A stretch of 64,000 nucleotides of DNA from an uncultured Eubacteriales bacterium (GCA_964390295.1 CAYMHR010000003.1:27514-91513); one strand, 5' to 3'; numbered from the stretch's first letter, positions 45,059 to 55,039 are shown. Made by a program: numbers and translations. The notes: generated by a model from the sequence alone, not told the origin.

Positions 45059-45796
45059 ATGCTGATTGAGGTAGATTCGGCCGCTCGCGAACGGTTGACC
45101 CGTGCCGAGCTGGACGTTATTCGTTTTATCAATGACAATGAAGCACAGCTTGCCGAGCTGTCGATCGGAGACGTTGCGATGGAGACGTATTCTTCACCGG
45201 CCGGTGTTGTGCGCGCCCTTCGCAAATGCGGTGTTTCCGATTTTCACGAATTACGGTACAAAGCCACGGCGGTGGCGGCCGATCCGGCGGTTCGCCGCAT
45301 GGGAGAGGTGATTAACAGCTCTCTGCTGGAGGTACAACGGTTGGTGGATTTGCTGTCGGTGCCGGTGCTGTTGAACGCGGTGGAGACCATTCGTGCGGCA
45401 GAGCGCATCGTGGTGCTGGGGCGCGGTTTAACAGCGCACGTGGCAACGGAGCTGGCGCTAAAGCTGCAACGTTTAGGCTACGTTGCCGTTGCCGGTGAGC
45501 CGGAGGCCATGCGTCTAAAAACACGCCGGATGAAGCCGACGGAGCTTTTGCTGATTTTTTCGTTGAACGGGCGTTCGCCGTCGTTGGTCGAAGCGGCACA
45601 AAGTGCCAATCGCTGTGATGCCAAGGTGATTACCTGCTGTTGCGATGCTGGTTCACCGTTGCTCCCGTTGTCCGATCTGGTGATTGTGGGGCATCGACAG
45701 CATCACGACGATGCCGACGGCCACGACGTGGATTCGCGCCTGCCGTTGCAGGTGATTTCCCGCTTGTTGGTAGAAGCGTTGATGAAGAACGCGTAA
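45059..45796 (+). CDS. MurR/RpiR family transcriptional regulator (HTH + SIS)
   Basis: An RpiR-type HTH (LTRAELDVIRFINDN...) and a SIS domain (RIVVLGRGLTAHVA). ATG after GGGGAGGGAG. Confidence 0.8.
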   Translation: MLIEVDSAARERLTRAELDVIRFINDNEAQLAELSIGDVAMETYSSPAGVVRALRKCGVSDFHELRYKATAVAADPAVRRMGEVINSSLLEVQRLVDLLSVPVLLNAVETIRAAERIVVLGRGLTAHVATELALKLQRLGYVAVAGEPEAMRLKTRRMKPTELLLIFSLNGRSPSLVEAAQSANRCDAKVITCCCDAGSPLLPLSDLVIVGHRQHHDDADGHDVDSRLPLQVISRLLVEALMKNA

Positions 45797-45809
45797 AACG
45801 CTATTAAAA

Positions 45810-45840
45810 ATCGCCGCTGTCACAAGACAGCGGCGATTTT
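45810..45840. terminator. bidirectional intrinsic terminator
   Basis: ATCGCCGCTGTC-ACAA-GACAGCGGCGAT, flanked by AAAAA and TTTT. Confidence 0.88.
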
Positions 45841-45853
45841 GCTTGAAAGTTGC

Positions 45854-46789
45854 TTACTTTTTCTTGTTCTTGGTTTTTTTCTGTGCCTGTCGTTGTTCGC
45901 TGTGCTCCACCCACAGTGCCCATACGGGAGAGCAGAGGAAGGTGGAGGAGTAGAAGCCGGAAACGACGCCGACTGCCATGGGTACCGCAAAACTGATGAT
46001 GCTGTCCATGGACGTGACCAGTGCGAACACAGCCACCGTACCGATGGCGATAAAGGTGCAGACGCTGGTGTTCAGCGTACGGGTGAACGACTGGTTTAAG
46101 CTGAGGTTGACCACCTCGTTGATTGGTGCCTTGGCACCCATTTTACGGCGGTTCTCACGGATACGGTCGTAAACCACGATGGTATCGTTCAGCGAATAGC
46201 CGAGGATGGTCAGCACTACGGCGACAAAATTGTCGTTTAGCGGGATGCGGAAGATCACAAACGTGAAGTACGCAATGAGAATGTCGTGTAACAGTGCCAA
46301 CAACGCCATGACACCAGCGGAGATACCGCCGATACGGCGGAAACGGAGACCGACGTACACCACCAAGAACAGGGATGCCAACGCAATGGCGACCAAGCAC
46401 TTGAGGAAGAAGGTGCGGCCGTAAGAGGCGTTCAGTGAGTTGGAGTTGATATTCTTAAAGCCATGATTCGGGAAGGCCGCGGTCAGCGCGGTTTCAAAGA
46501 CTTCCTTTTCTTCCAAATCTATGCTGTCGGCCAACGTGACCGTGACGACCGGCACACTGCCTTCCGTGGAGATTTCCACCGAGGCTTCGGGAAGAAGCTC
46601 GTCGATTTTGGCGGTGACAGCCTTTTCATCCAGCGTGCCGGAATAGCTGTACTTTATCATAGTGCCGCCCTTAAACGCGATATCTAGCTCGACACCAAGA
46701 ATGATATTGGCAAGAATACCAATACACAGAATCACAGCGGAGATGGTGCAGAACAGCTTGCGCTTGGCGATAAAATCAAAATTATTCAT
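45854..46789 (-). CDS. secF: protein translocase subunit SecF
   Basis: SecF topology and motifs. The start overlaps the secD stop. Confidence 0.93.
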   Translation of the reverse strand: MNNFDFIAKRKLFCTISAVILCIGILANIILGVELDIAFKGGTMIKYSYSGTLDEKAVTAKIDELLPEASVEISTEGSVPVVTVTLADSIDLEEKEVFETALTAAFPNHGFKNINSNSLNASYGRTFFLKCLVAIALASLFLVVYVGLRFRRIGGISAGVMALLALLHDILIAYFTFVIFRIPLNDNFVAVVLTILGYSLNDTIVVYDRIRENRRKMGAKAPINEVVNLSLNQSFTRTLNTSVCTFIAIGTVAVFALVTSMDSIISFAVPMAVGVVSGFYSSTFLCSPVWALWVEHSEQRQAQKKTKNKKK

Positions 46790-48281
46790 GGCGCTTACCT
46801 CCCAACAACCACGGCTTACGCAGGAACTTCAAGCGAGTGACGGATTTGAGCATCAGCCGCGAGAAGGTAACACCCATAATGAAGTTGAAGATGATACCGA
46901 CAAGCAACGTATAGCCGAACGAATAAATAGAGCCGCTGGTGGATACAGGGAACATGAACAGGAACGGCTGAAGCAGTTTGGCAAAGATGCTGTCGGACGG
47001 ACCGAATACGCCCATGAGTACCACGGATACAATCAAAACGGTGACGTTGCCGTCGAAAATGGCGGCAAAGGATTCTTTACAACCATTCTGCACAGCGCTG
47101 TCGATGGTGCGACCCATGCGGATTTGTTCCTTGATACGCTCGGATGTGATGATGTTGGCATCCACACCCATACCAATGGAGAGTATGATACCGGCAATAC
47201 CGGGCAACGTCAGGGTGAAGCTGTCCACAAAGGCGAAATAGCCGGACACCGCGGCGATGGAGCCGCCGATCTGACCGATCAGTGCAATGACGGCAACAAA
47301 ACCGGACAGGCGATAGTATAAAAGCATGAAGATGGCGATCAGCGCAAAAGCCACGATACCGGCCCAGATCATCAGCTCCAGGGCGTTTTGACCCATGGTG
47401 GCGGTGACGGTGCTGTAGTTGTTGACCTTAATGCTGAACGGCAGGGTGCCGGCGTTAATGAGGTTTGCCAGCTCGGCGGCATCGCTGTATTCGTCGAATG
47501 CACCGGAAATGACCGCTTCACCGTCGGTGATGTGCGCGTTGACGTTCGGGTTGGACAAACACGTAAATGTCAGCTTTTCTTCGTCATCGGCATCGTCGGA
47601 TTCATCCTCCGACGTTTCGTTGGTGACTTGCCAGATAGAGATCGTGTATTTGGTATCGGAATCGGACAAGCCGACGTTTTTGTTGTATTGTGTTTTGGTG
47701 GCTTCAGCAAACAGCTTGGCGCCCTCATCGGTGAACTTGAGGTTGACAACTGCTTCGGCCGTCGTGCCGGAGGTGTCCCAACCGGCAGTGGCGGATTCCA
47801 CCATGTCACCGGACAGGATCAGCTGGTCGTCTGCCGGTGGTTCAGTTGGCAACGTGCCGCCGGATTCCGACTGGTCGTAGTAGAAACGCAGCTCGCCGAG
47901 CTGACCCAGCGAATTGATGGTTTTTTTGGCATCAAACGCCGTTTCGCCGGCCGCCCACGGGAAGCGGACGATAACCTGATCGTTGGTGTAGTCGGCGTAG
48001 GCTTCGTAATCGGTAATATTTTTACCAATCATACGCAGGACGATAACTTCCTTCATAGCATCGACTTGAGCGTCGATGGCATCGATGGAATCGTTTGCCG
48101 GTGCAAAAGTAGCTTCTACGCCGCCGCTGATATCGATGCCGGTGCGGATGCCAGAGGCTCCGCGGATCACCGTGTCTACTCGGTCGCCATAGTGTGTGTA
48201 CACTCCGAAAAGTGCCGTAAACGACATGGCGAGGATGAGTATGGCCACGATGAAGAATACGGGTTTCGGTGTTCGCTTCAT
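46782..48281 (-). CDS. secD: protein translocase subunit SecD
   Basis: TM1, a large P1 domain and a C-terminal 5-TM SecD core. An acidic insert (ETSEDESDDADDEEK) sits in P1. Confidence 0.93.
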   Translation of the reverse strand: MKRTPKPVFFIVAILILAMSFTALFGVYTHYGDRVDTVIRGASGIRTGIDISGGVEATFAPANDSIDAIDAQVDAMKEVIVLRMIGKNITDYEAYADYTNDQVIVRFPWAAGETAFDAKKTINSLGQLGELRFYYDQSESGGTLPTEPPADDQLILSGDMVESATAGWDTSGTTAEAVVNLKFTDEGAKLFAEATKTQYNKNVGLSDSDTKYTISIWQVTNETSEDESDDADDEEKLTFTCLSNPNVNAHITDGEAVISGAFDEYSDAAELANLINAGTLPFSIKVNNYSTVTATMGQNALELMIWAGIVAFALIAIFMLLYYRLSGFVAVIALIGQIGGSIAAVSGYFAFVDSFTLTLPGIAGIILSIGMGVDANIITSERIKEQIRMGRTIDSAVQNGCKESFAAIFDGNVTVLIVSVVLMGVFGPSDSIFAKLLQPFLFMFPVSTSGSIYSFGYTLLVGIIFNFIMGVTFSRLMLKSVTRLKFLRKPWLLGGKRHE

Positions 48282-48379
48282 CGGTCAATCCTCCAGTGTT
48301 CGATAGAAATATCCAGATGTAACCTATTATAGGTGATTTTCTTCCAAAAGTCAATCAAAACCGCATAACAATTTGGGTA

Positions 48380-48410
48380 AAATAGAAAACCACCGCAAGA
48401 CTGCGGTGGT
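48380..48410 (-). terminator. intrinsic terminator at the end of the ABC exporter operon
   Basis: Minus strand: ACCACCGCA-GUCU-UGCGGUGGU followed by UUUCUAUUUU. Confidence 0.75.
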
Positions 48411-48450
48411 TCCGTTAAACGGTATGGTCTACTTTTACTGACTTGTTGCT

Positions 48451-50364
48451 TTATTCCAACTCAAAAGTGCCGGTGTACAGTTGATAATAGGTTCCCCTGT
48501 CTGCAATCAGCTGATCGTGGCTACCTCGCTCGATGATGCGGCCGTGGTCAAGTACCATGATGACGTCGGAATTTTGTACGGTGGACCGGCGGTGGGCGAT
48601 CACGAATACGGTTCGACCCTTCATCAGCTTATCCATGCCATCCTGTACCATGGCTTCGGTTCGGGTATCGATGGAGGAGGTTGCTTCGTCCAAAATCATC
48701 ACCGGTGGGTCGGACACGGCGGCACGGGCAATGGATAGAAGCTGTCGCTGACCCTGAGAAAGTCCGCTGCCATCACCTTTCAATACTGTGTTGTATCCCT
48801 GTGGAAGCATACGAATAAATCTGTCGGCATTGGCCAGCTTGGCGGCGGCGATGCAGTCTTCGTCGGTTGCATCGGGATTGCCGTAACGCAGGTTCTCCAT
48901 AACTGTACCCGTGAACAGGTTTACGTCTTGCAGTACAATGCCCAAGCTACGGCGCAGGTCGGCCTTTCTGATTTTATTGATATTGATGCCATCATAACGG
49001 ATTTTGCCATCTGTAACGTCGTAAAAGCGGTTGATGAGGTTGGTAATGGTTGTTTTTCCTGCACCGGTTGCACCGACAAAAGCAATTTTCTGTCCCGGCT
49101 CGGCGTACATGGAAACGTCGTAAAGAATTTGTTTTTCGGGGGCATAGCCGAAATCCACGTGGTCAAAGACCACTCTGCCCGCCAATTTTGTGTAGGTCAC
49201 AGTCCCATCCCCATGGGGGTGCTTCCATGCCCACGTTCCGGTACGATGGCTTGTTTCCCGAATTTCACCATGTATTTCTTCGGCGTTCACAAGGGTCACG
49301 TATCCATCATCGGTTTCCGGTTGTTCATCCATAAAGGCAAAGATACGCTCAGCACCTGCCAAAGCCGTGACAATGGAATTGAACTGATTGGAAATTTGAG
49401 AGACCGGATTGGTAAAATTGCGGGAGAGGGTCAAAAACGATGCGATTGCACCAAGTGTTAGCGTGCCTGTTCCTGTCAATCCCCAATTGGTTGTTCCCTT
49501 GATTGCCATATATGCACCAAGAATGGCAATGATCACGTACTGCACGTATCCAAGGGCGTTCATCATGGGCATCATGGCGTTGGCGTAGCTGTTGGCACTG
49601 GCGGCCGCGGTCTTCCACGCATGGTTCTTTTCCCGAAGCTCCTCTTTTGCCTTTTCCTCGTGGCAGAATACCTTGATGACCTTTTGACCATTTACCATTT
49701 CTTCCACGAAGCTATTCACGTCTGCAAGGGTTTTCTGTTGCATCATGAAAAATGTTCCGATTTTCATGGAAACGATTTTGACGATTTGCAAAATCAAGAA
49801 CATTACGGCCACTGCAACCAGCGTCAGAGGAATGCTGATGTATAGCATACACAAAAAAACTGCCACGATGGTGAACACCGAGGATGCCAACTGCGCCATG
49901 GACTGGGCAATCATCTGCCGCAGGGTATCGGTATCGTTGGTGTACAGGCTCATAATGTCGCCGTGGGTTCGGGTGTCGAAGGCACGAATGGGAAGACGTT
50001 GCATTTTTTCAAACATTTCGTCACGAATCTTTTTAAGTGTCCCTTGTGCAATCGTTACCATCGTCCGGTTATAGAACAGATTTGACAGTATGCCAATCAG
50101 ATAAACGGCACCAATGAAGATCAAGGCCTTGACCAGCCCGGAGAAAACGGGAGCAGACGAGCCGATCAGTTGGGTGATATAATCGTCAATCAGTGATTGC
50201 AAAAACAGAGCGGAGACCGCTGAGGCAATGGCGCTGAGCAGAATACAGACCGCCACGAATACCAGCCGTCCCTTATATTCCTTCATATAGGAGATTAGTC
50301 GGCCCAGAGTTTTCGGATTGATCTTTCCTTTGGGTGGAATGGCGTTCGACGGCTTTTCACGCAT
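48451..50364 (-). CDS. ABC exporter permease/ATPase, heterodimer subunit with consensus Walker B and H-loop but degenerate signature
   Basis: GATGAGKTT, LSQGQRQL (in place of LSGGQ), MILDEATSSID, IAHR. Confidence 0.9.
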   Translation of the reverse strand: MREKPSNAIPPKGKINPKTLGRLISYMKEYKGRLVFVAVCILLSAIASAVSALFLQSLIDDYITQLIGSSAPVFSGLVKALIFIGAVYLIGILSNLFYNRTMVTIAQGTLKKIRDEMFEKMQRLPIRAFDTRTHGDIMSLYTNDTDTLRQMIAQSMAQLASSVFTIVAVFLCMLYISIPLTLVAVAVMFLILQIVKIVSMKIGTFFMMQQKTLADVNSFVEEMVNGQKVIKVFCHEEKAKEELREKNHAWKTAAASANSYANAMMPMMNALGYVQYVIIAILGAYMAIKGTTNWGLTGTGTLTLGAIASFLTLSRNFTNPVSQISNQFNSIVTALAGAERIFAFMDEQPETDDGYVTLVNAEEIHGEIRETSHRTGTWAWKHPHGDGTVTYTKLAGRVVFDHVDFGYAPEKQILYDVSMYAEPGQKIAFVGATGAGKTTITNLINRFYDVTDGKIRYDGININKIRKADLRRSLGIVLQDVNLFTGTVMENLRYGNPDATDEDCIAAAKLANADRFIRMLPQGYNTVLKGDGSGLSQGQRQLLSIARAAVSDPPVMILDEATSSIDTRTEAMVQDGMDKLMKGRTVFVIAHRRSTVQNSDVIMVLDHGRIIERGSHDQLIADRGTYYQLYTGTFELE

Positions 50365-52087
50365 GGTCTGCTCCTACTTTCTGCTGAGAACGATATACCT
50401 CGCAGATGTCGCTGTTTTTCAAAAGCTCCTCGTGCTTGCCATTATTCAAAACGATGATCTGTTCGGCGTGCTGAACGGAGCTGATCCGTTGTGCAATGAT
50501 GATTTTGGTCGTGTCAGGGATAAATTCTGTAAAGGCCTTTTGGATAGCGGCATCGGTCTTGGTATCAACGGCAGAAGTGGAGTCATCCAAAATCAGTACC
50601 TTTGGTTGCTTTAGCAAGGCGCGGGCAATGCAAAGTCGTTGCTTTTGACCGCCGGATACGTTTGTACCGCCCTGCTCAATATGGGTGTCGTATTGATCAG
50701 GAAAGCTTTCTATGAATTCATCGGCACAGGCAAGACGGCAAGCTGCTCGGATTTCCTCGTCGGTGGCATTTTCGTTGCCCCAACGCAGATTTTCCTTGAT
50801 CGTGCCGGAAAACAGTTCGTTTTTTTGCAGCACCATGGCGACGGCATTACGCAGGGTATCCAGATCATAGTTTCGCACGTCGATACCGCCGAGCAGCAGC
50901 GTTCCACCCGTCACGTCGTAAAGCCGAGGAATGAGCTGTACCAGGCTGGATTTGGAAGCGCCCGTACCGCCGATAATTCCTACGGTTTCGCCGGAAGCAA
51001 TGGAAACATTGATGCCATCCAGCACTTTTTTGTCGGCTTTTTTGGAATAAACAAAATTCACGTTTTCAAAGCGGATAGAACCATCTTTGATTGTTTTGAC
51101 GGGATTTTCTGGGCTTGCAACGTCTGTCTTTTCCTCCAGCACTTCGGCAATACGCTGTGCAGAAGCGAGGGAAATAATAATCATGGCAAACACCATAGAA
51201 AGTGCCATCAGACTGGTGAGAATCTGCGTAGCATAAGAAAACAAGGCGGTCAGATCACCGGTGGTCATGCCCAGCAACTCGTTATTGCCGCTGGCAACGA
51301 TGGCTTTTGCGCCGATCCACGAAATGAGGATCATACAGGCGTACATAAAAAACTGCATAATGGGGGAGTTCAGCGCAATCAGCCGTTCGCCCTTGGAAAA
51401 ATCTTCGCAAATCACCTTGGAAATTTTTTGGAATTTGTCCGTTTCGTAGTTTTCCTGATTGAACGATTTGACAACACGAATTCCTCTTACGTTTTCCTGC
51501 ACGATATTATTCAAATGATCGTAGGTGTGAAAGACACGCTTGAAGATCGGGTCAACCTTTCGGATAATAAGGTACAGAAGCACTGCCATGACCGGGATCG
51601 CGGCGAGGAAAATCAACGCAATGGTTGAGTTGATACGAAAAGAGGCAATCATGGCGAAAACAAGCACGACGGGTGCTCGCACCGCCATACGAATCAGCAT
51701 TTGATAGGTGTTTTGGATATTCGTCACATCGGTAGTCAATCTTGTTACGATAGAAGCCGTGGAAAATTTATCGATATTGGAAAAGGCAAAGGTCTGTACG
51801 TTGTCGTACATATCCTGCCGTAGATTTGCGGCAAATCCCACCGAAGTTTTTGAGGCGATATGGGCAGACATGATTCCGGTGACAAGTTGCAACAATGCAA
51901 AAATCAGCAGGATCATGCCGAACTTCCACACCGCAGGCATCTGCCCCAAGTCTATGCCACGGTCGATCAGCTCGGCCATGCACAATGGAATGAGAATTTC
52001 AAATGCCACTTCCAAAACGGAGAGGCAAATGGTGATGATCGAGCCTTTTTTGTTTTGGCGCAGGCTCCGTGCTAAAGTTTTAATCAT
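50357..52087 (-). CDS. ABC exporter permease/ATPase, heterodimer subunit with degenerate Walker B and H-loop
   Basis: GGTGASKSS, VSGGQKQR, LILDDSTSAVD (catalytic E replaced by D), IAQR (H replaced by Q). Confidence 0.9.
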   Translation of the reverse strand: MIKTLARSLRQNKKGSIITICLSVLEVAFEILIPLCMAELIDRGIDLGQMPAVWKFGMILLIFALLQLVTGIMSAHIASKTSVGFAANLRQDMYDNVQTFAFSNIDKFSTASIVTRLTTDVTNIQNTYQMLIRMAVRAPVVLVFAMIASFRINSTIALIFLAAIPVMAVLLYLIIRKVDPIFKRVFHTYDHLNNIVQENVRGIRVVKSFNQENYETDKFQKISKVICEDFSKGERLIALNSPIMQFFMYACMILISWIGAKAIVASGNNELLGMTTGDLTALFSYATQILTSLMALSMVFAMIIISLASAQRIAEVLEEKTDVASPENPVKTIKDGSIRFENVNFVYSKKADKKVLDGINVSIASGETVGIIGGTGASKSSLVQLIPRLYDVTGGTLLLGGIDVRNYDLDTLRNAVAMVLQKNELFSGTIKENLRWGNENATDEEIRAACRLACADEFIESFPDQYDTHIEQGGTNVSGGQKQRLCIARALLKQPKVLILDDSTSAVDTKTDAAIQKAFTEFIPDTTKIIIAQRISSVQHAEQIIVLNNGKHEELLKNSDICEVYRSQQKVGADHA

Positions 52088-52104
52088 AGTTCCTCCTAAT
52101 TTTG

Positions 52105-52118
52105 TGTAGCACGCTACA
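52105..52118. promoter_or_regulatory. MarR-type operator palindrome (copy between marR and the ABC genes)
   Basis: TGTAGC-AC-GCTACA, extended to GTGTAGCACGCTACAC. Confidence 0.6.
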
Positions 52119-52155
52119 CATCGTGCCTAAATGAGAGCCGAATGCTCGTCTCTGT

Positions 52156-52572
52156 TTACTCCAAATGGTTGTTCATGCGTAGAAGCAGCCGCTTCAGTTG
52201 TTCTGCCTCAACCGAGCTTAGCGGCTCAAGAAGATGCCGCTCCGTTTCTAGCATATGCTGCTCCATGTCCATATCGAGAGAATGGGCTTTCTGTGTTAGC
52301 TTCACGTTTTTGTTCCGCCGATCCTCATCCTGCCAGCAGATGACGTAGCCGCTCTGTTCCATACGGGAAACGATGCCGACCACCGTGGGATGGGATACGT
52401 CCAAAAATACCTCGATCTCCTTTTGCGTTGCTTGACCGCCTTTTTCCTGCAAAAAAGCAAAGACGCGGCTTTGCGTAAAGGTTAAATGATAGCGCTTCAA
52501 ATCCGCATCGGCTTTTACTTTCAATTTGTCGTTGATGCTTTTAATCAAATAGCCTACGTCTTTATTCGGCAT
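52156..52572 (-). CDS. MarR family transcriptional regulator
   Basis: Winged-helix pattern LTFTQSRVFAFLQEKGGQATQKEIEVFLDVSHPTVVGIVSRME. Confidence 0.88.
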   Translation of the reverse strand: MPNKDVGYLIKSINDKLKVKADADLKRYHLTFTQSRVFAFLQEKGGQATQKEIEVFLDVSHPTVVGIVSRMEQSGYVICWQDEDRRNKNVKLTQKAHSLDMDMEQHMLETERHLLEPLSSVEAEQLKRLLLRMNNHLE

Positions 52573-52591
52573 GGAAACACCTCATTTTTGC

Positions 52592-52605
52592 TGTAGCACG
52601 CTACA
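52592..52605. promoter_or_regulatory. MarR-type operator palindrome (copy upstream of marR)
   Basis: The identical 14-mer TGTAGCACGCTACA lies 20 nt upstream of the marR ATG and abuts a TATAT -10-like element. Confidence 0.6.
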
Positions 52606-52699
52606 TATAATCGCAGAAATATCGATGATCGTCAATTCGTTTTTCGGAAAGTTTACAATTCGGAAACAAGCCCACGTCCGTCGGACGCAAAAGAAAACG

Positions 52700-53596
52700 C
52701 TACGGCGTGATGGTCGCTTCTAAATCAAATGGAAGCAATGCACTGTTGATCAGTGCAGCGAAATACTCGGCATCGGCGCTGTCCGTAAAGGCTCCGGACA
52801 AACAGACTTCATTTCCATCGACCGGCGCGTTGACCACAGGATTCGAGAGGCATACGAACGTGGATGCCTCTTGTTTGCTGTCGCCGATCCAGACGGAAAT
52901 AGTATAGTAGTGATCGTCAGCTGCGGCGTTTTTTCGGCTTGTTTCCTCGGTTGCCTTGTAAAACAGTGCCGCCCCTTCGTCGGTGAACCGGATAATAACG
53001 GTAGCTTCCGGTGTGGCGTAGGTGGTATCTTCTTCGACGGAGGCAGTCAGAAGCATATCTTCGGATAAAATGAGTTGGTTGTCCTCCGGAGGCTCGGTCG
53101 GCAGTGAGCCGTTAGCTTCGGCTTCATCGTAATAAAAGCGGATGGAGGTAGAGGTAGTGACAAGACCGGTAATATCATCGGCAAAGTCGTTGATGGACGC
53201 TGACGTGGTTTCCGAGTCCACCGGGATGATCACGTCGATACCATTGCCGGTCGTGGACAGAGAGTAACCGTCGATGGAATACTGTGATAGCTTAAAGGAT
53301 ACGACGTAACGTAAGGCTTCCTGCTGTTCGGTGGTGATTTCGTAGGGATAATCGATGGGCGAAAACGACACGGTTACCGTATCGGTCCCGTGCGGAGAAT
53401 CCGCCGGATACGTCGTAGCCGTGGCTGTCGGGGCTACCGATCCGTTGCTTTCGGACGTGGTGCGGTGGACGTGAAAATGGGACGAATAAGAATTTAAGTG
53501 GGAAAACACGAACCACCACGCCACTAACAATAGGGTGAGAGCGGCGATGACGGCGAGGCAAATCGTCAGTAGCTTTTTGCGGTTCAATGTGGTCAT
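52700..53596 (-). CDS. membrane-anchored stand-alone homologue of the SecD TM1+P1 (head) domain
   Basis: One N-terminal TM helix. Blocks RFYYD, LPTEPP-D-QLILS-DM, FTDEGA-LF, YTIS-W, CLSNP-VNA, SGAF and LIN--LPF are colinear with SecD encoded at 46782-48281. Confidence 0.75.
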   Translation of the reverse strand: MTTLNRKKLLTICLAVIAALTLLLVAWWFVFSHLNSYSSHFHVHRTTSESNGSVAPTATATTYPADSPHGTDTVTVSFSPIDYPYEITTEQQEALRYVVSFKLSQYSIDGYSLSTTGNGIDVIIPVDSETTSASINDFADDITGLVTTSTSIRFYYDEAEANGSLPTEPPEDNQLILSEDMLLTASVEEDTTYATPEATVIIRFTDEGAALFYKATEETSRKNAAADDHYYTISVWIGDSKQEASTFVCLSNPVVNAPVDGNEVCLSGAFTDSADAEYFAALINSALLPFDLEATITP

Positions 53597-53616
53597 CCTT
53601 TCCGGGGTAAAGTCGG

Positions 53617-53645
53617 AAAAAGCGCCGCAAAGACGCGGCGCTTTT
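53617..53645 (-). terminator. intrinsic terminator after the aminotransferase gene
   Basis: AGCGCCGC-6 nt-GCGGCGCT with A/T flanks. The minus-strand RNA ends in UUUUU. Confidence 0.75.
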
Positions 53646-53654
53646 GAAAAACGA

Positions 53655-54935
53655 TTAACCGATAAGTTTATTCAGTGCGGCAATCTCGGCGCAGATGCAG
53701 AACAACTCCATGGCGGTTTGCAGTTCGGCGACCGAGGGGTAGGAGGGAGCAATGCGCAAGGTGGCGTCTTTGGGATCACGTCCATAGGGATGCGTGGCAC
53801 CGGCCGGGGTGAGAATCACACCGGCTTGCTTCAGCAGACGCACCGTTTCGGTGGCCGTTCCTTCCATTAGCTCGACACTGACAAAATAGCCGCCGTTCGG
53901 TTTGTGCCACTGGGCGATACCGGTGCCGCCCAGCCGGGTCTCCAACGTGTTGAGCACGACGTCGAATTTAGGACGCAGTACGGCGGCGTGGCGCTTCATG
54001 TGCTCGCGGATACCGTCCAGGTTTTTGAAATAGCGCGTGTGACGCAACATATTGATTTTATCATAGCCGATGGTTTGTACCGACATACGCTTCTTGATAT
54101 CGGCAATGTTCGCCTGGCTGGCCGCGATAGCGGCAACACCGGCGCCGGGGAAGCTGATTTTGGAGGTGGAGGTGAATTGGATCACGATATCTTCGTTGCC
54201 TACGGCAACGGCTTCCTTGTACAGATTGAGCAACGTATCGGGAGTGTCGGTCAGGTGATGGACGCAATAGGCGTTGTCCCACATGATGCGGAAATCGGGT
54301 GCCGCCGGCTTCAAGCGGGCAAAACGACGCACCGTTTCGTCGGAATAGGTGATGCCGTCGGGGTTTGAATACATAGGCACGCACCAAATGCCCTTCACGG
54401 CCGGGTCCTGTACCAGCTGTTCCACGACGTCCATATCGGGGCCGGTTTCCAGCATGGGAACCGGCAACATTTCGATGCCGTAATGCTGGGTAACGGCGAA
54501 GTGGCGGTCATAGCCGGGCACGGGGCAGAGAAACTTGACCTTGCCCTGCTGTGACCACGGGGTGTTGCCGCACACACCGGAGGCGACTGCTTGAGTAATA
54601 TAATCGAACATGAGGTTCAGGCTGGAATTGCCGCCGACAATGACCAGCTCGGCCGGTACGTCCAGAATTTCACCGAACAGGGCCTTGGCTTCGGCAATGC
54701 CGTCTACCAGACCGTAGTTGCGGGTATCGGTGCGGTCAGCTGCCAAATAGCCGTCGCGGGCGTTGACGCAGTTCATAACCTCCAGCGAGATATCCAGCTG
54801 CTCCGGACCTGGCTTGCCGCGGGACATATCCAGCAACAGCGACTGTGCTTGATAGTCGGCGTAAATTGCCTGACATTCCGCCAAACGGGCGGCGGCTTGT
54901 TCTTTTGTCATAGACGGGATTGAAGACACTTCCAA
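53655..54935 (-). CDS. PLP-dependent aminotransferase (class I/II fold)
   Basis: The TSTSK(I)SFPGAG motif holds the Lys. Size is typical. The start is uncertain: TTG at 54935 or, more likely, the GTG at 54929, 9 nt after GAGAGGAG. Confidence 0.78.
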   Translation of the reverse strand: MEVSSIPSMTKEQAAARLAECQAIYADYQAQSLLLDMSRGKPGPEQLDISLEVMNCVNARDGYLAADRTDTRNYGLVDGIAEAKALFGEILDVPAELVIVGGNSSLNLMFDYITQAVASGVCGNTPWSQQGKVKFLCPVPGYDRHFAVTQHYGIEMLPVPMLETGPDMDVVEQLVQDPAVKGIWCVPMYSNPDGITYSDETVRRFARLKPAAPDFRIMWDNAYCVHHLTDTPDTLLNLYKEAVAVGNEDIVIQFTSTSKISFPGAGVAAIAASQANIADIKKRMSVQTIGYDKINMLRHTRYFKNLDGIREHMKRHAAVLRPKFDVVLNTLETRLGGTGIAQWHKPNGGYFVSVELMEGTATETVRLLKQAGVILTPAGATHPYGRDPKDATLRIAPSYPSVAELQTAMELFCICAEIAALNKLIG

Positions 54936-55039
54936 CGACTCCTCTCATAAGTACTTATCTATTGTAATACACGTTGCTGCATTTTGCAAGTCCAAATTTT
55001 AATTCCTGCAAAAAATATTTGAAATTCGCCTATTTCTTC

